From the human T2T-CHM13v2.0 reference genome, Homo sapiens: DNA of 64,000 nucleotides. The stretch's first letter is position 1; every line of letters begins with the position of its first letter. The notes below the pieces were generated by a model. The model was not told where the DNA came from. It worked only from the letters and a program-made list of their open reading frames with translations, and did not search any database. Position numbers and translations under genes: made by a program. This document shows, piece by piece, positions 55,228-64,000 of this stretch. The stretch lies in assembly GCF_009914755.1 (NCBI RefSeq), contig NC_060928.1, one strand, 5' to 3'.

Positions 55228-58200
55228 CTGAAGTGCAGCTTCTAGCATCCCCCAGCAGTGCTGAATGAACACTCAAGGTACCTGCAGGACCCACTTGTGT
55301 CCATTGATCTCTCAGAGCCACTGGGGATCATGGGTAAGCTCGCTCTCCGATTTCAGGGCTCCACGGATTTGTGTTTTGAGCTCTCTGAGTTTCTTTGAGC
55401 AAATTTCTGATCCAAACTGGGTTTGGAGTTGTGACAGAAACTGGACTGGGTCTGGGAACAGATTTGATCCAGGAATTAACTGGCTTGGATCCAGTTAGAG
55501 GCCTCTTACATCTGACTGGGTCAGAAAGGAACTGGTAGTAAGCTGTAATATTGCAGGGGTTATAAACTTTGGCTTTTGAAAATTCACAGGGATTTTTGTG
55601 TTCCACCCCTTTATTTAATTTTTCTTGTGCACTTAGGTAGGAAAAAAAATCACTGGCTAAGTTAATCAAGAGAATCTGAGAGTAAAGCCAATATTGTAGG
55701 TAAAAATGGGATCCTTAATTTCTGGAAAACTGAGTTTCTCCTGGTTTATGCTTTAGGCCTGGGAGGCAGCGAAGTCTTACAGAAATGGCAGAATCTTACT
55801 AAAGATAACTTACAGTGGAATGTTCTGAATGAACAACAATGCATTGAAGTACATTTAAAAATGAAGGCTCTTGGTGAAGTCCCTTTTGGCTAAGAATGAA
55901 TTTGGCACTACAGGAGGTCAACTGCTATTGTCTTTGGAATAATCTGCCTTGCACTCTTTGCTGATGGCTGTGGGTGACAGGATTAGGCATGTACAGGATT
56001 GTGGGACATGGGGAGCTTTTTCCCTCCTAAAAGGGGAAACTTGAGAGCTGATGAGACTGCTGGAAAAGATTCCCTTTCTACTGAGAAGCAGCTGCCTGAA
56101 CTTTTCCATGTGGCTGCAATGGGTGGGTCTTTCTCTGGCCTCCCTGATCATTTCGCCTTCCCCACCCTGCCACAGGCAATGCTTTTCTCTCTCTCCTTTC
56201 CCTTATCTTTTCTATTACTCAAGGCGACCATCTTGCCCAGAGACCACATGTTGAAACTCCTGGCCGGAGGTTGGATTAATGATGATGGGACCCAAACAGA
56301 GACAAATTGGAGTCTTGCCAATTTGATATTGAGTGCTAAGCAGAGTGGCTAATGTCTGTGTTTTGTCACACGTATTTTACTCTGGCCAGAACGAAAAAAA
56401 ATAATTTTCCTTTATGATGTGTCTTGGCCCCCAACGCGATGTTGCAGGAAGCTGAGTCACTAGAGCCACTCAGGGAAAGGGAACCCAGAAGCCTGGCATC
56501 CCAGCAAAAAGATAAGAATTTCTTACCAGTCAGATTTTGGGCTTCTCTCTCTCTGTGCAAATGGTTGAATGAATGGTAAAAATCACTGTTTATCTCCATC
56601 TTGCTTTATGTCCTTGAGAGCTTAACCTTGTAACCACACTTTCTCTTGGTCTCCGTCTTCCAGGGAACAGGAATTTTAGGGTTTATGGCATAGTTATCTC
56701 TAAAAATTATCTTGAGTAGTTAAAAGCCTTTGCAAGCTCAAAATTAGCTACTCTGGATTCCTTCTGGGGAAGGGAGTGGAGACTGCTCTGTGCTGTAGCT
56801 CAGTAGCTGAGGTTTTGCCCTTTCATAGCAGTGGTCCAGGTTCGTATTCCATGCTTACAAAGCAAGTTCTTTTTTGTTTAATATCTGCATGACCTTGTCT
56901 AGTCTCTTCTCCTTTATGTATTATCTTAAATTTTCCTTTCTCTGAGCATCTGGGAATTTACCTTTGGTAAAGTTCAAAAGCTGGAAATGGCCGTTTGGCC
57001 TGGCTAAAATCAAGTAATAAAAAAATTTTAAGGGACTTTATTAAAGAGTGCTATGGTTAAAAGTCAGCTTAATTAAAAGATATTCAAGCTTTAACAGCCT
57101 GGACTCCTTGGGAAAAATGGGAGGCAACAGAAACCCCTTTCCTGGCCCTGTTCTTCCAAGGGCTCCACTCTAAAGCCAATAACCGATTAAGAAACAGAAA
57201 AACTGGCAAATGAAAAATCTTACAACTACTGTAGTAATCTCCTTCTGTCTAATTGTATATGTGTTGTGTGTAATGTTTATGTAAAAGAGCTCTAATTAAC
57301 TGGCTTAAACAAAAGTGCACAAAATCTAATATTTTGAAAGCAAAATAAAAACTATAATGCCTTTTAGTTCATGTAACTTTAGTAATCTTTGGGAAATAAA
57401 AAAAGCTTTTAAGATTATTAATAAAATAAAGATATTTTGTCTAAATTATGCAGGTCAGATATTAGGTTTGCTAAATGCTTTAAGATCATAAACTGCTTTG
57501 ACTTTTGAAAATTGTTCAATTTATTTTGGAGATATTAAATTCTAAATAAAGCCTGGGGATATATGGAATTAGCCATGCCCCCTAGCTATGCAAAGAAAGT
57601 TATAAAGAAAAGAGATTTTATATAAGAAAGGATGTTGTATGGTAAATTCTTGTCCTAAAGTAAAATGATTGGTCTTTAGAAAGAGGAATGTTTAGGGCAA
57701 GTCAGGAAGTCTAAACATGTCATATATGGTCTGCATAAGTCGTGAAAGAATTTATAAAAAGAGATTTATTCCAGAAATGTGCAATTTAAAGGTGATTAGG
57801 CCTAAATTCTTCATAGAATGCCACTATGACTGTTAAATGTACAGCTTGTCTGCTTTACAGCTAGGTAGGCCCTGGAACACGTGGAGTTAGATGCTGGAAA
57901 GAATCAGACCTTATCTGCATTTCTGTCTGGGTTCTGGGCTCCACACCTAGTACATAATTAAAATCCCTTACTTAACAAGGTTTTCATCAAAAGTTAAAGT
58001 CTCTAAGAGTTAACACTGTAATATGTAATTGACACTGCTGAAAAATAAGTTTACATACACGGTGTGTAAAGAGAATAAAATGTGTTTTTGTAAGAGATTA
58101 TAAGAAGGTATAGGAATGTAAATTTTTGCCTACATTAGCGGGTTAAAGGATTGTTTTAAATTAAATAAAGCTAAATGTTTGAAAAAGTTGTGGAAGGTTT

Positions 58201-59859
58201 ATTAAAAAAATTGTAAAAGGTTCTATGCGTGAACATATTGGCTAAAGTCAAAATGGCATTATTCAGTTTTTTCTATGAATTGGACATTGGAATCAAAGCA
58301 CAACAGAGTTTTCTTAGACTATTGTTCTGCTCTGAGAAAAAAAATTGTAAAGGGTTATAAAAGGTTTATAAAAATCTTACCTTATGGTCAAACTAATTAA
58401 AACTGAATAGATTTGTAAAATATTACTTAAAACTAGCTTTAACATTAAAAATATACTAATGGAAACATAAAATTTGGTTTTCTCTTTTAAAAAGGATTTT
58501 TATGTGATATTAAAAGATTATGAAAGGTTTTGGTTTACCTTTTAAGTAAACTACAAAAGAAAAAGAGAGGAAGTGAAAGAAAGGAGACAGAGTCAGTTGG
58601 CTTCCTGCTATCTCCACTGGGTCTTATTTAGAAAGCTGAGTCTACTCTCTATCAGAATAATGTTTTTTCCTTTAAAAAATTTTTGAGTTATCATTTTGGC
58701 TAAATGGATGACTTATGGTAACCTAAGATTCTATTTTGTAATATCCAATGTTTTAAATCTTTAGTATTTAATAAACGATTCAAAATCAAGCTCTAGATTA
58801 TCATGCTAAATCAGCCAATACTAAAATTGTTTAAATATACAATTTGAATAAACTCCATGGTCTAAGTCAAATTACCTCTGATAACATGTAAGTTATCAGT
58901 GCTATGCACCTAAATTGGAGGAACAACTAGTATTCAAGAGGACATAAGTCCAATGTTAAGCATGGACTCATGAAGAACCAGGACAGCCATCTTGTCCTTC
59001 CTGAGTCCTTAAAGCTTTTGTTATTAAAGGCTCTGCATTCCATGACTCAGCATGGAAAATATAAAATAATCCAAATAGAATATATTGATGTGGTGACTCA
59101 TAAATTTGGAGCTAGTTTAAAACCAATATTTGGTTCCATTTTCCTGGGAAGACAATCAAAGCTTCAGGTACGTTTGTCTACCTGATGGGCCATTTAAACA
59201 TTTATAAAGGGATTTCATTCAATTATCATTTTCAATGCATGTTTTCTGGTAGCATAACAGCTTTCCCATGCAAGAGGGCTGTTGTTATAACAGTAGATTA
59301 TTATACTACAGTGTATTTTTACCAGGTAAAGAGAGCTTTTTATGTTTCACTGAGGGCAATCCCTTCACAAGCTAGAGCCCTAAGATTGGATCTTCTGAGA
59401 ACATTAGAGAAAGACTGTCCTTCCCAACCACACTTCAGCAAAACTTTGGAGACTTGAGCTTTGGGTTCATAATCTCACAACTGAGAAGGGTCCCTCCACC
59501 CTCCTGGAACTGTACACCCATTGGAACTTTTAAGGTAAAACTAACCAGGAAAGTTTCTCCCCAGAAGAAGATGACATCCTTGATTCAAACAGCTTTTCCC
59601 AAGTTTACAGATCATGACTTCTACTATCACAAGACTCTTATCTTTAAATATTTTTTCCTTATTTATGCTTCTATGAACAATAGGAATGAAAAGGGGTCTA
59701 TTGTGTGCACTTATAGGGTATAGTTTTATTTGTGAAGGATTTTGCAGTCAGCCTTATACATGAATAAACTTATACTTTAATAGATAAAAGATGAAGGTGA
59801 AGTGTAGGTGAGAAACTTTGGTGGTAAATATGTTGCCTCATAATCACTCAAAACTCCTC

Positions 59860-60450
59860 TTTGGGGATTAAAGAGACCATTGCCAGGAGGCCTTCACTCT
59901 TCTAGCAGGACATCATTTTTTGGGTCCTTTTTCCATGGTTTAGAATAAAAGGCAATAATTAGAATTGTCACCCTCATAATAGGCTCTACAGCAAATTCTG
60001 CTTTAAAAGCTATCGTTACACACAGACTTTAAATTCTCTTGTGGAAGTTATACTAAGTTAATAGATGTGGCTAAACAGAAAAGTACCTGTGCAGCTGCTG
60101 ACACTTGTGGCCTATGGAGAAATACATCAAATGTAGATTATTAAAATTCAGTTGTAGGGTATTAATGAAAAGACCACTTAGTCAAGTGAGTAGACTCTTC
60201 ATCCAGCTCATTATTAAATGTATTTAATTTTACACGGTTTGGTTTATGGGGACCTTGGGTAAGGACCATACTCCAAACTCTTGGTATTATCCTCCCAATA
60301 GTCATAATAATATTCTCCCTGGTACACTGTATTCTCTCAAAGGTTTTAAATGTTTGCATGCAGCCATCTCTAGAACATCAAATGATCTCTCTTCAACTGG
60401 AATGACAAAAGCTGAAAGAAATGTGCAACCGTGAGGACACCGTAACCTAT
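59860..60450 (+). pseudogene. Decayed gamma-type env TM subunit remnant
   Basis: 60070-60129 reads AKQKSTCAAADTCGLWRNTS (degenerate post-ISD CX6CC region). 60238-60366 reads FGLWGPWVRTILQTLGIILPIVIIIFSLVHCILSKVLNVCMQP (membrane anchor). Frames are broken. Confidence 0.75.
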
Positions 60451-60912
60451 GAATGACATGCTGAGATCAAAAACCCAAAATGATGATAACTGAGAGTGGT
60501 GCTAAGGCCCTAAGTATTGGTTACACTCTCACTAAAGTGAAACCTGGCCAAAAAGTGGAATTTTTTTTAAACAAAATTATGGGAGGCCATTATTTTGGAC
60601 TGAGCTCATGCACTAGGCCCCAACAAACTGAACCAAACTAAAATGGAGTCACTCATGCTAAATGTGACACAATCAAACTAAGGCTTTAAGAAAACACAGA
60701 TCCTAGAACAGATCAGGTTTTGTTTTTCTCCTGTAAACAGGATGTTCCAGCATAAGGAAGTACCCTCTATTCAGTCCTTGGTGCCTCCTTGCAAAACCCA
60801 CTGTTCTATTGTTTTTCAGTGGGTTTCAAAATCAAATAAGTACATTTACAAAAGAGATAGTAACATCAGTGACTAAGATTTTGGCCAATCTCTCAAAATT
60901 GAGAAAATGTCT

Positions 60913-60923
60913 AAAAGGGGGAA
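60913..60923 (+). promoter_or_regulatory. Polypurine tract of the provirus
   Basis: AAAAGGGGGAA 1 nt before the 3' LTR TG. Confidence 0.85.
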
Positions 60924-62593
60924 TTGTTAAAGCCAACTAAATATGGCCTGAGAAGGACTCCATACTTCTATATTTGAATCCTTGTGGATGAACTGTAACC
61001 TAGCTTAATAGTGAGACAAAATTGAAAATCTAACGTAATAGTATGCACCTATAACAGTGGCTGAGTGTTGGCCAATCCCAGCGGCCATACTTCAACTACT
61101 CATAGAGGCTGAATGTTCAAACTACGTTCAAAAAAGGTAAAAGTCGAGCTGTAACCAATCTCACTGTTTCTGTACCTCACTTCTGATTCCTGTATGTCAC
61201 TTTACCTTTTTTGTCTATGAGTTTATTCTGACCACGAGATACCCCTGGAGTCTCTGGGAATCTGCTGTGGTTCTGGGGGCTGCCCGATTCACAAATCATT
61301 CATTGCTCAATTAAACTCTTATAAATTTAATTCAGCTGAAGTTTTTCTTTTATCACCATCAAAGATTATTCTACAATAGATCATAGGAAAATCTAGCAGA
61401 CCACTCTGACTTGGCTGTTTAGTCTCCTCAACTCAGGAATATAGTTCCAAGGACCTGGTGTTGTGTATCCGCTTTCTTATTTTCTATCTATTTATTCAAA
61501 TCTAGTCTTGTCTTTTGTCAACATAGTTCTAAAATCCTGTATAAGCCATGAGGTGGTCACAGAATTAGGTCTAGAAAGATTTTGAGGAGAGGTAGAACTT
61601 TTTTTCTCTTCTGGTAACAGGGTAGATCCTTGATTCCTGAACTGCTGCTTCTTAGATTAACAGTATATGAGTCAGGAAGCTCATGATTCTGGCCTTTTCT
61701 GATGTGATCAATTCCCCACTCTATTAAATTACAGATAACTTTGAGTACACTTCTGTGAGAAACTGGACTGTCATGGAGAGCTATATTGACTCACTTGTTT
61801 CTTTGATCTCAGGTTGATCTGTTGCATTGCTTTCTTGGCTGTTCAGTAGTAAATGGAAATAAACAAAACCTTAAACATAGCCCAAGTCATCACTGTAGAC
61901 AAAACTTTAGGTCAATTCTCATGCCCTCACATTTAGTTTCCTATTCTAAACTTACATTTTTTTTCAATATTGCTACATAGTTTTACATAGGCACCTTCTA
62001 CCTTATCCAATGGCAGTCATCTTCCAAGCCTACTCTGTACCTGTCTTTGGGCTTTGTGTTGCAAGAGAAATATAAAAAATCTTTCTTTAAACCTCTGCAA
62101 GTTGGATTTTCTATTACTTCTAACAGAATACATTCCTTAGTTGATTCACTCATACAATCAGAATCCTGGAAGATAGGACTATTCCAGAAGTGGCTAATTC
62201 AGTTCAACAAAGTCAACAGAAATTCAACAAAGTTGAATTCAACAAAGTCATCAGAAATTGAGGTTCAACAAAGTCATCAGAAATTGAGGGTCTTGCCATT
62301 TTTCTACTTCATAGTTGCTTGATGCTTGTGGCAGCTTCAGACATCATATCCTTTCATACTAATGTGAAGAGAGAGGGAAAATAAAGAAATGTTTCCGTCC
62401 TGGTCTTTTTTGAGAGAAGAAAAATGTTTTGAAGTTCCTCAGCCTACTTCTTATGTCTCATCAGACAGAATTTGGTCAGTGTCCACACCAAACTAAATGT
62501 TTGCCAAGGGGGATAAATAACCATGGCTGGCTCTGGCCAATCAGGAGTCACTGCTGGGGATGGAGATGGGTCCTGTCTTCCCAGAAGGAAATA

Positions 62594-63390
62594 TTAGGTT
62601 GGTGCAAAAGTAATTGTGGTTTTGTAACTGCCCAGTGAGATCACCTTGACCACGGCCTAGGCAGAGCCGATTTGTCAAGACAAGGGAATTGCAATGGTGA
62701 AAGAATAATTCACGCAAAGCCAGCTGTGCGGGAGACTGGAGTTTTATTATTACTCAAATCAGTCTATACGAGCATTCGGACATTAGAGTCTTTAGGGATA
62801 ATTTGGTGGGTATGGGCTCCAAAAGTGGGAAGTGCTGATTGGTCAGGTTGAAGATAAAATCATAGGGGATCGAAGTAAGTTCCTCTTGCTGACTTTGGGG
62901 TGGGATCACAGAACTGGTTGAGCCAGATTCACAGTCTGAGTGGTGTCATCTGCTGCAGGGTCTGCAAAATATTTCAAGCACTGATCTTAGGTTTTACAAC
63001 AGTGATTTTAGTCCCAGGAGCAACTTGGGGAGGTTCAGACTCTTTCAGTCAGAGGCTGCATAGCCCCTAAACCATGATACCTAATCTTGTAGCTGATTTG
63101 TTAGTCCTACAAAGGCAGACTGGTCCCCAGGCAAGAAGGGGTTTTTCAGGAAATGGCTATTATCCATTTTGTTTCAGAGTTTAAACTATAAGCTAAATTC
63201 CTTCCCATGGCCAGTTCAGCCTACACCCACGAATGAACAAGGACGGTTTAGAGGTTCGAAGGAAGATGGGGTCGGTTAGGTCTGATCTCTCTCCCTGACA
63301 TAATTTCCTCAGTTATGATTTTTTTCAAAAGTGGTTTGTTTTTGCCTTTTTTTAATTGCAAAGACCTCAATTACTTTTGCACCAATGTAA
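62594..63390. mobile_element. MADE1 (Hsmar1 MITE) split into 62594-62622 and 63338-63390 by an LTR insertion
   Basis: TA-TTAGGTTGGTGCAAAAGTAATTGTGGTTT ... TTGCC...CAATTACTTTTGCACCAATGTAA-TA. TA target duplication on both sides. Confidence 0.9.
62623..63337 (-). mobile_element. LTR8 (LTR8A-like) ERV1 solo LTR
   Basis: Reverse complement of the recalled LTR8 consensus ('tgtaactgccca...cagagccgatt...gagttttattattactcaaatcagtct...cataatttcctcagttatgatt'). 4-bp TSD GTTT. Confidence 0.88.
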
Positions 63391-64000
63391 TAGCTACTTG
63401 GAGGCCAATTAACAAAATCAAGTTTCTGTTAGAAGGAAGAGGTGGGGAAATGGATAAAGGCTGTTGGCATAGCAACTGACAGTGTCTAGTGGTGAAATAC
63501 TGCTGGCTTCTTTGACCTGAGTCACTTTCATGGGTTCTTACACCACTTAGGAGAGAAAGTTCCTCAGTGATATATTGGATATTCTGGTAATTTGACATGT
63601 GGAAACTTAAACTAATTTTTATTTGGGAAAGTTAATTAAATTGGTAAATGAATGTTATGTAACTTTATAGAATGGTGCAGGATGATGAACCCCAGCCTAA
63701 CACAAATAAAGCTAGAGTTAGAAAAGTTATTTTATTTTAAAAAATAATCATTAAAGATTTGTCACGAAACAGTCCTTGCAGAAGACTTACTTTCACTTTA
63801 CCTTTTGAATAACCTTATCTTTTTGGAGAATAATTGCATTCTAGGGCAGATACCTTAATATAAATATCTGAAAAATGAGAGGCCACCTAGAAATGAGAAG
63901 AAAGTTGAATGATATGACATCCTAGCCATTGTTTGTTTTTAAGGTGAAGATGTGAAGTGGCTCTTAATTAAATTTTGCAGAGTTTTGCTGAGAAATTTTA

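Larger units (their letters stand above)
54776..61355 (+). mobile_element. Complete non-autonomous ERV1 provirus (MER57-type LTRs, MER4-group internal region)
   Basis: Two ~432-bp direct LTRs (54776-55207, 60925-61355), both TG...CA. 4-bp TSD CCAT (54772-54775 / 61356-61359). PBS and PPT present. Decayed integrase and env remnants. Family name recalled, not searched. Confidence 0.92.
62085..63490 (-). mobile_element. Old MLT1-type LTR hosting the MADE1/LTR8 nest
   Basis: MLT1-like sequence up to about 62591 resumes at about 63393 ('aaaatcaagtttctgttagaaggaagaggtgggg...agcaactgacagtgtct'). Confidence 0.6.

Overview
This is primate, almost certainly human, genomic DNA carrying the 5' end of the P4-ATPase phosphatidylserine flippase gene ATP8A1 on the minus strand. 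Coding exons 1-4 (36743-36695, 6999-6885, 5603-5504, 4524-4426) have canonical GT-AG borders and splice in frame to 121 codons (MPTMRRTVSEIRSRAEGYEKTDD...[37 protein letters not shown]). A CpG-island promoter lies at about 36.1-37.65 kb and intron 1 is 29.7 kb long. The rest is intronic or upstream DNA dominated by transposable elements: L1s with nested Alus, THE1 and MLT LTRs, MER DNA transposons, MIR/L2/L3, and a complete 6.6-kb two-LTR ERV1 provirus (54776-61355) with a tRNA-Leu PBS, PPT, target-site duplication and decayed integrase/env remnants. I find no evidence of a new protein-coding system. The best observations are structural: a near-perfect 148-bp tandem duplication, a THE1 provirus deleted across a short microhomology, a MLT1>MADE1>LTR8 triple nest, a relic second PPT/U3 inside the ERV, several fold-back (template-switch-like) micro-duplications, and a T14 acceptor tract before the in-frame TM2 exon. 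Repeat family names are from recalled consensus sequences, not from a search, and boundaries of old repeats are approximate.
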